Positions 21,901-34,870 of a stretch of 44,100 nt of DNA are shown piece after piece. The translations under genes and the position numbers were made by a program. The notes under the pieces are model-generated. The model was not told the origin of the DNA. It searched no databases and saw only the letters and a list, made by a program, of their open reading frames with translations. The first letter of the stretch is position 1; each line of letters starts with the position of its first letter. Origin of the DNA: Folioceros fuciformis (lineage: Eukaryota); NCBI GenBank assembly GCA_049999805.1, contig JBNGIO010005430.1:1-44100 (forward strand). The letters are read 5' to 3'.

Positions 21901-22426
21901 GCCCTTTCCTGACTGGTGCACTGCAGCCCCGTGAAATCATCTAATTTTGTCCCTGGCTGTTCCTTTCAGGCAAAATATCACATCGTGCAAGAGCTCCTTG
22001 GAAAGTACCACAGTCTGCAAAACCAGGGTGCCTCCATCACAGGTGAATCTGGCCTCCTCACGGCATTGAGACACGAACGACAAGTATCAAGACTGGCCAT
22101 GAAATCTATGTTCAACACATACTTCGGATCAACCTTTCTAACCGACACCGGCAAGGAATCATCATTTTCATACAACGTCCAGAGATACGCAGATGTCTAC
22201 ACCAGCAGACTGGAGAATCTTATGACCTATTCATCCGAAGCCTGGCTCTACACGCCTTTCGACGTAAAGATACTTCCGCACCACATCAAGGTCTGCCCAG
22301 GAGTGTCACCTATCCAAGCATTCTTCCGCACCCATTCCACTTCTCTCTGACCAACTAACTCTGTGCTCCGACTTGCAGGTTGGCCCTTCCAGATTCCTGA
22401 AGGGTCTGGCGGAAAGAACAGCGTGA
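18921..22426 (+). CDS. HAD-superfamily IG 5'-nucleotidase domain protein (NT5DC/cN-II-like) with N-terminal extension
   Basis: VYGFDYDYTLAHY (HAD motif I), FPIRGLFYD, LFMLTNS, VLYFGDHLYSDL..GWRTAAIIRELE and RYADVYTSRLENL across many short introns. The start codon is uncertain (18921, or upstream at 18684). Confidence 0.9.
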
Positions 22427-24042
22427 GATCACTCGTTTGCCTCAAGCCCCTGGACTTCTTATTTATACTCGTGCTAAAGCTTACGGAGCTGCCTTGGTGC
22501 TATGCATACTGTGTGTTCCTCGTGGTGGCCCTCGATGGGGAAGGAGGGTCACCTCCGTCTCTTTACACCGTGGATTCCGTCTATGTGTGCAGAGGCGAGT
22601 ATCACCTGCCAACAGAAGTTAGTGAAGATAGTGCTCAGTCCAAGTAGCATGTTAATGAACCTCTATAATCATCTATATGCTGTGAGAAGTTTCCAAGCTA
22701 TCCAAATCTATTTGGCCCCCTCCTCATCGGGTCAAGGACTGTAGCGGCTGTAGGGTGTCGTGTCGTCCTGGCTGGCTCGCAGTTCTCGGATCTGGTGGAA
22801 GGTACTCCCCCTGCAATTAGGGTTTCTTGAAGGAAACAACTGGTGATTACTCCGTTCGATGGAGGCTAGGCAGTCATTATTCTTTAGATGTGTGCGTTAT
22901 TGCTATTAAGATGTAAAGATGCACAATGCCGAGGTATGTAATTGAAGTCGCACGTGCGATAATTTTCACCCGGCCGGCGTGCCCGGTCCAGAAGTGAGCT
23001 GGCTGGGCAGTCCCTTGTCAGCTGCAGATAACCGTAACTGTGGCGTGACGCCGTGAAAGAAAGTGAAAAAGCCAAACGAGGAAGGAACCACCGTGCGTTG
23101 CATGCCTGGTGCCATGCTACGGGAATCCGAGGCATGCCCTTCGGCGTCGGCCGATGTCCTGAATCAAGCTGCCGCTCCGTTCGCACTGACATCGTCGCAC
23201 CTACGTCATTCCTGGCTTGCGTAGCAGCAGCCCTGCGCGCTCGTTGCTCGAGAGCTTTTGGCTGGTTTCCCCGCAATCTGCGCACGGCAGCTTGCTTTTA
23301 CAGATAGATTAGCAGGAATTTGAGCCCGTAGGAATTTCAGCACCAGGAGGCTATACCTTCGAGAGATCTCCTTTTGTCTCGCAGGAAATTGTTGAGCATC
23401 AGGTCTCCGATTTGGAGTTGCAGCACTGTGTGTGGAGCAGTTTGCGCCTGGCCGCAGGAAAAGAACTTGTGGAGATCAGTTCCGGCTGTGCTTTGAGGCG
23501 TTGGTGTGGATATTAAGTGAGAGACGGAGTGCATTTGTTCTTCTCGTGATCTGGAGGAGTGCTGGAGGTACTGAATAATCGTATAGCTTCTCTCCTGTTC
23601 TGGAAAGTTGTTGTTCACAATTCCGTGCGTGAGGGAAAACACGTTTTCTAGGCTCGTTTGCTCGTGCAACCTTCTCCCTTTTAGTAGCTTGTGAACGCAA
23701 TGTGTCGCAAACGCCGGGAGTTGTGGACATTAGGGGGCCTGTTCTCGGTGGTCTCGGTGGTAGTAATGCATCTCCGGGCCGCCTAACCTCATCACATTGA
23801 GCTCAATCATTTCCGTTATGCAGTTTTGCGCAGAGATCAGGAGCGGGAGGCATTGCCTTCTGCATGCGAAAGGCCTGCGTGCACTGCATACCAAGTCCGC
23901 TATATGGTCGGGGTCAAAATGAGGAGGATTGGAATGCAGAATTGCAGGCTTCACATGGCCAGGGAAAATTTTGAGGCTTGACGTTGCGCTAGCGGAGTCG
24001 TAACTATTTCCTGCTGAAGTTTGTTTCCCACTGTCTAGAAAA

Positions 24043-26347
24043 ATGTGTGGGGCAACGGGATGCTTATGCCAGACATGCCATGGGCCCGGTTCCATGGTGG
24101 CACGGTATCTTTATGGGATCATATTCCTGTTGACAGTGATCATCGCTTGGATGATCCGGGATTACAGCCAAAAGGCCCTGGAAGACATCCACTGTAAGTG
24201 GTGTTGCTGTAACCTGTACGCACATCAGTGCAGAACACTTTGGACGGATAATGACCTGTTTCTTTGATCGCAGATCTGAAAGGATGTGAAGGAGGCCACG
24301 ATTGTCTAGGCACAGAGGGAGTTCTCCGTGTGAGCATGGGTTGCTTTGTATCCTTTCTGTGCATGCCTACGCTTTGACTCCCTGGAACATATCTTTGTGT
24401 CACTCTAGGCCCTGCTCTGCCAGGCCAGCTTCGGGTCGTGTTTTTCTCTTGACCTCAGTGAAGGCATTCTACGCTGTGATGTATCTAACAACTGTGGGTA
24501 CAAAACGGACGGATGATCCCAGAGATGCCTGGCATTCTGGTTTCTGGCCTGTCAAAAGTCTGCTTTGGATCATTTTTATGGTCGTGCCGTTCTTTATACC
24601 ATCTGCGGCCGTACAAATTTATGGTGAGGATCCTACACCCCTCACCAAAATCTGAAATGTTGCAACTTTCCCAAGGATTTCGGATTGAAGGTAAGCCTCG
24701 ATTGATCTGCTGTTAAGAGTTGTTTCTTTTTGTGAGCAGGTGAAATTGCAAGGTTTGGTGCTGGGTGAGTTCGAAAGCCATGGACAACTCTCGTTTGTTG
24801 GCATTGGTAGCCAAGTCTTTCATGCTATCCAAGTTAAGCAGCCAAGATTTTCGAGGCACAGCTCTGATGGCCAGTGATCCATGCAGAATCTTCCTCATTA
24901 TCCAGCTTCTGAGTCTGATAAACTTCATATATTGGTGGAATGAACATTGGCTATCAGAGAAGAATGAGCGCCGCTGGTAAAGAATTGAACTCTGTTGGCA
25001 TTGTTGTTCATATCCTGTGTTGGAGATACAAGTCTTTTAATCCCTTCTGCTCACTTGTGCAGTCGTTTACCGATGGTGGTTGTATCATTCTTGAGTTTCG
25101 GCGTATCGATTTTGGGCATTGTGATTATGTACGTATGGTTTGCTCCACGGCCTTCTTGTGGGACAAACATTTTCTTCGTCACCTGGACGCTAATCCTTGT
25201 GCTGGCGATGACGCTCATTTCTCTACATTCGAAGGTGGGCTTGATCTTGGACTCATTTGTCTCTGTATTGGTTTTAGCTCCTTCGGAACTGTTGCCCCGC
25301 TTGAAAGAATTGGTTTGTCGTTGACCCAGTCGTGACTAGCGTGAGAATCCTTTTTGTGCCCTCAGGTCAATGCGGGCCTCCTGACTTCCTCGTTGGTGTC
25401 TCTCTACATCGTTTTTCTCTGCTATTCGGCAATAATGAGGTAGACAAAGTAAAATAATGCTTTCTTGGGTCAGGGCTTCCCCCAGTGTGTCTTACGGGTT
25501 TCCGTGGCCGAATGTATGACCTGGGCTAACACGCGTCCGTAATTCTCCAGTGAACCAGCAAGTGTGACTTGTAACACCAGACCAAGACAGACCGGGAGGG
25601 GTGATCTTGTGACAATATTTGTGAGTTGAGCAGCCTCTGTTTTTCTTGTTGCACCTGCACTGTGGATTGTTACAACTAACTTCTTTATGCCTGCCTGTGT
25701 CGGTGCCGGTTTCGCAGAGTTTTGGCCTTGCTTTTCTAGCCATCATCATGTCGACCTACTCGACAGGCATTGATTCCAAGTCATTCAAAGTGAGCCATTC
25801 AACTCTTGTCTTGCCTTGAGTGTGTAGTTTATTGCGCTGGCGCTAACACCATCATGCACGCTCTACAGTTTAGGAATACTGTGGAGAAAATTGACGGGGT
25901 TCCGTATGGGTACGGTTTTTTCCATTTTGTTTTCGCGATGGGCGCCATGTACTTCGCTATGCTGTTCATCGGCTGGGATCTGAACCAAACAATCCACAAG
26001 TAAGTGGGTGGTCCTTATGTGGATATGATGAAACCCGTCCCGTCCCGTGCCTGGCCGTGCCGTCCACTCGCTGCTCTTATCCAAGGAACTAACCACTGAT
26101 GGTGAAACAGGTGGAGCATTGACGTTGGGTGGGCCAGCGTGTGGGTGAAAATTGTGAACGAGTGGCTCGCTGCTTTGTTATACAGTAAGTCAATCAGGCC
26201 CACGTTTTTACAAGTTGGAGCTGTCTGGGTATCTTGTCTGGCGATGTTGAATCCCACCTACCAAAGTTCTTGCCCTCACCGGCTCTGTTTGTGGCAGTTT
26301 GGACCATGATTGGACCGTTCATTCTGACGAATAGGGACTTCACGTAG
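24043..26347 (+). CDS. serine incorporator (SERINC/TDE/TMS1 family) membrane protein
   Basis: ARYLYGIIFLL, CLGTEGVLRVSMG, DPRDAWHSGFWPVK, GAGIFLIIQLLSLINF, VPYGYGFFHFVFAMGAMYFAML, WSIDVGWASVWVKIVNEW and C-terminal LTNRDFT*. Confidence 0.93.
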
Positions 26348-27796
26348 TGAGCCGGCATCTTACATCTGGGCAAGCTGTCTCACACTCATCCCCCGTCAGA
26401 TGCCAATGATGGTTCACCGACGAAGGAATCCATTCTGGGCGCATATGTATGTACCTGGGTGTGTCTCATCAAACATCCCTCTCTACAGTCGAGTCGGCTT
26501 GGGACTTGAACCTGCCCGGTATAGCTGTGGATCGTCTGTCATGCTGCTCCTGTGTTGAGGACAGGTCCTCCACCTGCTGCTTTCTTTTTGAGTACAGGCG
26601 GGGAGTTGAACACATCACTCCTGACTTGGGATGTGTGTGAAGCTCCGTTGTCGCTGTTGTTTTGAGCACTCAATCTGTACTTGTTCCTATTCACGAGGAG
26701 GAGCCTCTCCCTGCTGTACTTATGAGAAGAAAACTTTACGAGGGGGCGAGGCCGATGCAAAAGCGGACACGGTAAATCTCTTGCAACGCCTTACCTCACA
26801 TGTGCTCCTGAACACTGTTGGAGTTTGAAGTTTGACCTGACCCTCGGGTAGCAGCCACGCCTCGCTCTGACAGACAGCCGTGGGAATGCAAGTGCGCCAC
26901 CACCTCCTGACGGGCTGCAAGTACTCTCTTCTCTCTCTGCGCTGGCATGGCTTGCTGTGCAGTCCAGTCCGTAACACTCATGGCCATACTGACCAGGGCC
27001 CTTTGCTGCAGCATAGCCAATCTCCTAGACACGGCTCACATCACGCAAGGTATCTGCTGCCGCTACCCTTGCACGGACCTGTGCCAGCTTCTCGTCTGCT
27101 TTCCTTCCCGCCTTCGTCTGGACATCCCGTTGCTGAGATAACGTTGTTAAGTCATTGACTTGTCGCCGGAGGAAAAGCCCAACTCTCCCCTCCCGAGGGA
27201 GTCAACAAGTGGAAGCCTGTCCTGGCAGTGGGCCTACCTCTTTCCATAGGCTGCAGGCAATCTTTCATCATTCCCCTTCTCCCTGCCTGCACCGACCCTT
27301 GGCTTCCGGGGACGGGGGCATCAGCTTTGCATTGCCTTACCTTGCCCTGCGCTGCCTTGCCTCGTCTTGCCTGGGGAACAGTGCCGGCGTGGAAGAGCAG
27401 CTCTGCAGCGACAGACATGGAGGAGAAAGGAGGGGAAAATAATATAGAATAGAAAAGGTGACAGGTGGGGAGGAGGCGCCTCTTCACCTGGCCTCACCTC
27501 ACCTCACCGTTGCGTGCAGTGCAAGCGAGAAAGGAGGCTGAATGGCGGGCAGGACTGAGAGATGTTGTGGCCTGGCTTGGTGGGCTTGCGTCCTGGGGGA
27601 GATGAGAGTTGCTTGAAAGGCGCCAGTTCCCCCTCCCTTCCCCCTTCATGCACTACATGTGCTCTTCCGCTCCCCGTTTCTATTAACGAAGGTGTGTGGC
27701 AACTACGGCATGCGCTCGGTTACGTTGTAAAGAATGTGATGAAGCTATTTCTAACCGAGGTTAAATACCTCAAAGAATGGACGCGGAAGCAGCGCT

Positions 27797-27802
27797 TATA
27801 AA
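27797..27802 (+). promoter_or_regulatory. putative TATA box of the eIF1 gene
   Basis: TATAAA lies ~30 bp upstream of a pyrimidine-rich leader. The leader is followed by a 5'UTR intron (GTGAGT at ~27935 to TGCAG at 28492). Confidence 0.4.
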
Positions 27803-28555
27803 GCTTCAAGCGAAGGCTGATGAGCTGAGGCTGGCTGCTTTTCTCTGCCCGTTCCCCGCTCCCGGTCCCGTGCACACCTCTCCTGCTGTGAGCTCTGTGT
27901 GGGCGTCCTCTCGTCGGTGCTGCAGCTGCAGCGGGTGAGTGAGTGAGTTTCAGTGACTGGCCTGCGCATCTGGTTCGCTCCTGCTGCTTGCGGTGCGACG
28001 GTGGAGGCCCTGCGTCGGCGTCTTGTGCGGCGTCTTGTTGGATTGAGATGTGCTGGCGGAGGAATCGCGGGCGGTGTTTCTGTGTGCTGTTCTTGTTCGA
28101 GTGTTCTGTGCTGTGCGGTGCGGTGTGGTGTGGTGTGGTGTGATGGATTTTGTGCCTGAGGTCTGCGTGCGTTCCCGTTTCGGGAAATCGCGTTGGGTTG
28201 CAGGGTTTCGGTGGGATGGGGCATGGAAATTCTGGTTTAGGGACGCTGATACTCGGTGCCTTAGGGTGCGTTTGTGAGTCCTTGGTGGTGAAGAGAGTTC
28301 TTGTGTTGTACGCTCTGCGTGTACCCCGCTGCGTCGAGGTGACCGGATAGCCTTCCACTCTTGTTTCGACGCGCTGTCCGTGTCGAACGAGGGCATGGGT
28401 TTGTTCGCTGGTGGCTGGAGTGTGCTGGGGTTCCCTCGAGCTGGGGTTTGTATCGTCCGGGTGGAAGGACTGACTGGAAGTCGGTGCTGCAGGTGGGTGA
28501 GGTGTCTGCGGTGGGGAAGGAACCTCCTGTGGGGTCGTCTACTCAACTCAAGTTC

Positions 28556-29227
28556 ATGTCAGATCTAGATATCCCGGGGGCCTTTGGTACGTCGGTGGAG
28601 CGAATTCGTTGGCCCTCGTACCCTGAGGCTATGCTGTGCTGTGTTTGTGGTTGACTCTCGTTGGGGTTCCTTGTAGATCCGTTCGCAGATGCGAATGCAG
28701 AGGATTCAGGCGCAGGATCGAAGGACTATGTGCATGTGCGAGTGCAACAGCGCAACGGAAGAAAAAGTTTGACCACTGTCCAGGGCCTGAAGAAGGAGTT
28801 CAATTACAACAAGATTCTCAAGGACTTCAAAAAGGTGATAACCCGTCGGAGATGGAAGCTCACGTGCTGAAGGAGGAGTTTTTCACCTCCTCTCCTGCTC
28901 ACGATACCCGCACTGTTACGTTTGCAGGATTTCTGCTGCAATGGGACGGTGGTGCAGGACCCTGAGCTGGGTCAGGTGATTCAGCTGCAAGGGGATCAGC
29001 GCAAGAATGTTTCTCAGTTCCTCGTACAGGTGAGAATTGTTCCGGCGGCGATAGCCACCGACTTACTGTCAAATCATGTTGGCAGAGACTGTTCCGAGTC
29101 TGAGCTGTGCTATGCCGTGCTGTGCTGTGCTGACCGAGTCCAAGCTGTGCTGTGCTGACCGAGTCTGAGCTGTGCTGATCAGGCTGGAGTGGTGAAGAAA
29201 GATCTCATCAAGATACACGGGTTCTGA
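28556..29227 (+). CDS. SUI1: eukaryotic translation initiation factor 1 (SUI1), 4 coding exons
   Basis: MSDLDIPGAF / DPFADANAEDSGAGSKDYVHVRVQQRNGRKSLTTVQGLKKEFNYNKILKDFKK / DFCCNGTVVQDPELGQVIQLQGDQRKNVSQFLVQ / AGVVKKDLIKIHGF*. Confidence 0.97.
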
Positions 29228-30105
29228 GGCTCATGTGTCTCACGTCGCAAAGGCATTGGGGTGATCACGCCTGGTCTACCAGCACCAGTGGGCACGCCCG
29301 ATTGGATTTAGTAGCTTGGTGCAAGGGCTGTGGGGTACGGAGGAGGTTGCGAGCTGTCGTAGCACAGTTCTCTTCTCGCCGTTTTTATAATTTAATTTTA
29401 AGGGCATGAGACACCTTATATTGCCACCTGGAAGGTCTTACTTTGACGCTTCAAATTTCATTGCTTTGTATTTCAAATCTCCGTTGCCTTGCTGGCTCGG
29501 ACGAGTTGGATGCAGGCCTTGAGGTTTGATGCTGCAACTCAGTAATCTGATAGTGCGCTACAATCCGATAATCTAATGTTTCCTTGTGGGAGTCTGGAAG
29601 AAATTCTTGTGGTGGATCGCATGAATCGTACGTCTGCAGTCAGTGTCAGGAAACGAAATTATTAACAATTCCTCAGGGTGTTACGATTGAATCACGCGAA
29701 ACAGATGGTCGAAGCCTATCATCGTCCGAGGGGAACGTGAAGGGCTCACGGCAGCAATCATTTGAATCCCGGAATCTTCCTTGCTGCCTATGCATTGCAA
29801 CGACTCTTGTGCACACAGAGCTAGCTATTGGAGTGACCACAGTTGAATGAGACTGACGCAAGTGAGGCACGCTCCAGATTTAACTCGTTTAACTCAAGAA
29901 AATTAATACGGAAGCCGCGAAAATTAAACTTGTCATTTCCCTAACCCCAATTTTCATAGAAATAACACAAGTTCGATTAGGAAAAAGCTCGGGACTGAGA
30001 GACCCACACAATCATCTGTCAAAATGTTAGAGTGGAGATAATGGACGCTGTTATCGGGTGACAAGACAAAACAGTTGAAGAACTTGGAGAGTAGCCCTGG
30101 TGTTT

Positions 30106-31712
30106 CTAGAACGACACTTTGAGACCCAGCAGTGCCATCAGCTGGGCTACGAACTCTGGGTGGGCAGGCCATGCAGGTCCAGTTACCAGATTTCCGTCAG
30201 TGAAGCACTTGGAGATGGGTTCTGGCTCCAGCCACTCTGCTCCTGCAAGAGCTACCATAGGCTTCAGAGCAGGGTAAGCTGTGCACTTCTTTCCCTGCAA
30301 AACCCAATGGAGGGCACCAAACCTGTCAAGACCCGAACTACAGGCAAACATGTCTGTGCGACAAACGAGCTAGCTCATTACCTTCAGCACATGTGCAGCA
30401 GCGAGGATCTGGGGGCCATGGCAGATGGACGCAATAGGTTTGCGGGCTTCATCGAACTCGCGGACTATTTGTAGAACCCTATCATTCAGTGCCAGGTACT
30501 CTGGGGCACGGCCTCCAGGAACCACCAGTGCATCGTAGGCTTCGGGGTTAACATCGTCGAAGGTGGCTGTGAGCTGGAAGTTATGGCCTGGCTTCTCACT
30601 GTACGTCTGTGCTCCTTCAAAGTCGTGGATGGCTGTGGCAACCTTGTCCCCTTTCTGCTTTCCTGGGCACACAGCATCCACTGTGCATCCCACGGTCTGC
30701 AGAGCCTGGAATGGCACCATGGCTTCGTAGTCCTCAACGTAGTCCTGAACACACACAGGCACGACAGAGTTGAGAGTGCAGTGCATTGCAGACATCAGCT
30801 TGTATGGTAGACATGGAGAGTGCATAGATGCCTTACACCGACTATCATCAGGATGGTCTTGGGTCCTCCACTGATCTTCCCCCCGAGAGTCTCGACGAAC
30901 AACCTGAGCCAGTCCGGGTGTCCCGGCCAGGCTGCTGCTGTCACCAGCTTCGAGTCCGTGAAGGCTGCAGAGATGGGCTGTGGGTCTACCCACTTCCCCC
31001 CTGCAAGCTCAACCACTGGCTTGACTGCAGGATATGCTGTGCAGTTCTTTCCATTCAAAACACCTGCAGCAGCAAGAATCAGCTGCCCGTGGCAGACGGA
31101 GGCGATGGGCTTGTCCGCAGCTGCGAAGTTCTTCACGATGTTCAGCACGTTCAGGTCCAGGGAAAGATACTCGGGAGCACGCCCCCCCGGTATCACTAGC
31201 CCATCATAGTCCTCGGGATTCGCATCCTCGAACGATTTGTTAAGGGCAAAGTTGTGGCCCTTCGACTCCGAGTAGGTCTGCAATTCCTCATGCCGGTCAT
31301 CCAATCCAGCCATTCATCCATCCCAGCAGGGTTGAAGGCACACCACAGAAACAGCAACCACGAGAAGGAGAGGCAGGCACCTGATATCCGACAAAGTCGT
31401 GCACAGCTGTGGCCACTGTGTCCCCAGATGCCTTGCCAGGACAGACGGCATCCACCTTCACACCGACAGCCTGCAACGTCTGAAAGGGAACCATGACCTG
31501 CACACACCCAACAGCCTTGAGAGATCGCTGCCCAACCCGACATCATGCGGCTCCTGAGCGGCATGCATGTCATACAGAGAGCTGAACGACTTCAATCCCA
31601 CGAAGCCACGCCTGCATGCAAAGGATGGTGGGCACAGAGTCCACGGACGCTTGACCTCATAATCCTCAACATAGTCACCGGCAATGAGCAGCACCGACTT
31701 AGACGCAGCCAT
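30106..31712 (-). CDS. DJ1D: DJ-1/PfpI tandem-domain protein (DJ-1D / glyoxalase III type)
   Basis: Two PfpI domains: [14 protein letters not shown]...PGGRAPEYL...ASVCHG and [13 protein letters not shown]...PGGRAPEYL...ASICHG. The protein ends [22 protein letters not shown]. Confidence 0.94.
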
Positions 31713-32189
31713 CCTGCGATTCCTGCAACACTGGTAAAGGTTACGCCACCGTCTACCCACCAAAAAAACACATGGCCAAGCTGGACCAAGTGAAATGCTT
31801 GGCGGGCATACGTTGATGCTGACAAACGCAAGCCCCTAATCCCTGTTGTGCGGTCCTTCTAAACAACCCACTTAAACTGGTCACCCAGAAAACGTGCTCG
31901 ACCCCGGTGAACAACCTCTGGGCCCTCCACCTTTCGTCACAGTAGTAGGATCGAGCTCCATAACACTTATGTAGCGATCTGCAACATTTGTCCAGGTCTG
32001 GTTTTGTCTGCTTGCGAAATACCGTCCTGTGTGCTGCCCAAGAGCGATCTGCTTCTAGGTCTGTCTGTCGCTGGTTGGCTTTCTGGATGTCTGTGTTGCA
32101 ATGCTCATGCTTTGGGGTTGAATTCTAGAAGCTGCCTCGTTGGAAGCTCTGATCAGGCCTCGGTCGCTCATCAGCGGGATACGGTCAAG

Positions 32190-34548
32190 ATGGCCAGGAA
32201 GAAGATCAGAGAATACGACTCGAAGCGCATCTTGAAGGAGCAACTTAAGCGCCTGGCAGGAGTTTCTCTCGACTTCAAATCCGCCCAGGTATGACAATGC
32301 GTTGCAGCAGGCCAGTTGTGGAGGAGGATGGCGCTGAGCTACGCTGATGGAGCCCGCTGTGGCAGTACAGATCACTCAGACCACGAATTTCTTGGAATTG
32401 GTGGAGAAGGAACCATGGCTCAATACCACCAGGCTTGTGGTGAAGCCGGATATGCTGTTTGGCAAGCGAGGGAAAAGTGGCTTGGTGAGTTTATTGTATC
32501 TCGTGGACCGTGGTGATCAGAGTCTCGCAGAGTGTGCAGAAACTGATGGACAACGTTGTCTGCAGGTTGCTTTGAACCTGGATTTGGCGGGTGTGGAGAG
32601 CTTTGTGAAGGAGAGGCTGGGGAAGGAGGTGGGGGTGCTGCTTGGACTTGGTTGCTGCTTTTCCTTGGAGAAGAGAGGTTCGGCAGTGGGGAAACGAAGT
32701 TCTGATGTGCTTGTTATCTAGGTTGAGATGGGTGGCTCAAAGGGACCCATCACCACATTCATTGTGGAGCCCTTTGTGCCACATGACGATGAGTATTATC
32801 TGTCCATCACCTCAGATCGGCTGGGTGCAGAAATCAGCTTCTCAGAATGCGGAGGAATTGAGATTGAGGACAACTGGGACAAGGTGAGTGGGCTAATGGA
32901 AGTCTGATGACGTGACACGTGGGACACAACAACGTATCTGACCTTTCTTGTTCCTCTTTTGTGTGGTGAAAGGTGAAAACTGTGTTTGTTCCAACAGAGC
33001 AGCCCTTGACCCAAGAACTCTGCGCTCCGCTCATTGCTACCCTAGGACTAGAGGTATTTGGCTTTGGTTGACTGGGATCAGTAGTGGACATGAGGACTTC
33101 GAGTGATCATTCCCCTTAGTTGCTTTGTCGTGAGATTGGCATTGGCGTTCAATCAATCCTGTGCAGATTCGCCCTGTCATCGAGCATTTCATTCGAGCTG
33201 TGTTCAGTGTGTTCATTGGTATGCAACTGTTTGCTATGCTTGCAATTCTGTCCTTTTCGTAATCTGCAGCTTCCAGTATCTGCTCAGGGTTGGGTACTGG
33301 TCCTCTCTGGCAGATGTGGATTTTACACTAATCGAAATGAACCCATTCACATTGGTGAACGGGCAACCCTATCCCCTTGACATGCGTGGAGAGTTGGATG
33401 ACACCGCTGCTTTCAAGAACTACCAGAAGTACTTCTCAATCAGTTTCTTGAAAGATTTTGTGTCAATTCAACAAAGACCCAACAGGTTTTGAGAGGTTGT
33501 TCCCCTTGGATTGACATACAGGTGGGGTAATGTTGAATTTCCTTTACCCTTCGGTAGAACAATGACTGCAGCGGAAGATAAGATCCACAAGATGGATGAG
33601 AAGGTATGTCTTGTTTGTTTCATTTTTCCTTGCCTCTGTATTGGAGCTGGAAAAATTGAGGCTACATTCGCGCGCGTGTGCACAGACTGGGGCCTCGCTG
33701 AAACTCACCATCTTAAATCCTAAAGGACGCATTTGGACAATGGTAGCTGGCGGTGGCGCAAGTGTGATCTACGCAGACACTGTAAGAAAGCTAAGGGAAC
33801 CTGGGCCGTCTGTAAGAGACTTCTGTCTGCATGCCTTTTCTGTTTACCTACCTGCCTCACCTACGTCCCGTCACAGGTTGGAGACTTGGGCTACGCACAT
33901 GAGCTAGGCAACTATGCAGAGTACAGTGGAGCACCCAATGCAGAGGAAACGCTGCAGTATGCACGAGCTCTGATTGATGTAAGCTGTAGCTTTCTTGCCT
34001 GATTCCTCGCAAAGGAAAAAATCTTGTTGCTCATCAGTTTATCTTGGGCAGTGTGCTACAGCCAATCCTGATGGTAAGAAGAGGGCGCTCCTCGTTGGTG
34101 GCGGGATAGCGAACTTCACTGATGTGGCAGCCACATTTGGTGGCATAATCAAAGCTCTTAGAGAGAAGGTACGTGAGTCCTTGTATGCTTCTGCCAAACT
34201 TCGCTTATCTGGAGACTGTATGTACCGTTTTGTGGGTGTAAACAGCAAAACCAGCTGAACGCAGCCAAGATGGCTATCTATGTGAGAAGAGGTGGTCCAA
34301 ATTATCAGAAAGGTCTGCAGCAAATGAGACAACTGGGCCCAGAAATGGGCATACCAATTGAGGTACGTCAAGCTCGAGATTAAGAACCTAAAGTGACTTT
34401 GTTTGCATCATGTGGAATGTATCACAGTGTTATTGTGCGGGCATATGACGACTAAGTAATTGGACCTTCATCGCAGGTGTATGGACCGGAGTCAAGCATG
34501 ACCTGCATATGCAAAGAGGCCATTGCATATGTGACCAGTGCTGCATAA
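32190..34548 (+). CDS. ACLA: ATP-citrate lyase alpha (A) subunit
   Basis: [95 protein letters not shown] and [10 protein letters not shown]. Confidence 0.97.
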
Positions 34549-34870
34549 GAAGATTCAAGTCTTTCGGAAGTGTCTCCTCCGCGCAGCAAGGGCATTTTGA
34601 TACATCATAATGTAGTGCACTTCTGGACGTCACTCCAGCAACTGTCCGGAGTGGATGCAAGTGCAAAAATATGATCAGAGAAAATGTTGAGTTCGACATT
34701 AGGATAAAATGGGAGCATTTGTGCCACGTTGGTCGTTGTGGGGTCCACTCCAACTTACGTCCTCCGTGAGAACTGACAGCTGGGTTCATAGCTTCTTGAT
34801 GTACTAGTAAGGGATTGTCATCGACTGTCAGTGTCCATAAAGAGTTCACGTTTGGAACATATTTCTCTTC

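Noticed and set aside
27720-28546. Long His/Thr/Pro-rich - strand ORFs
   Set aside because: They are the antisense of the GT-rich 5'UTR intron of eIF1, which contains GTGTG microsatellites.
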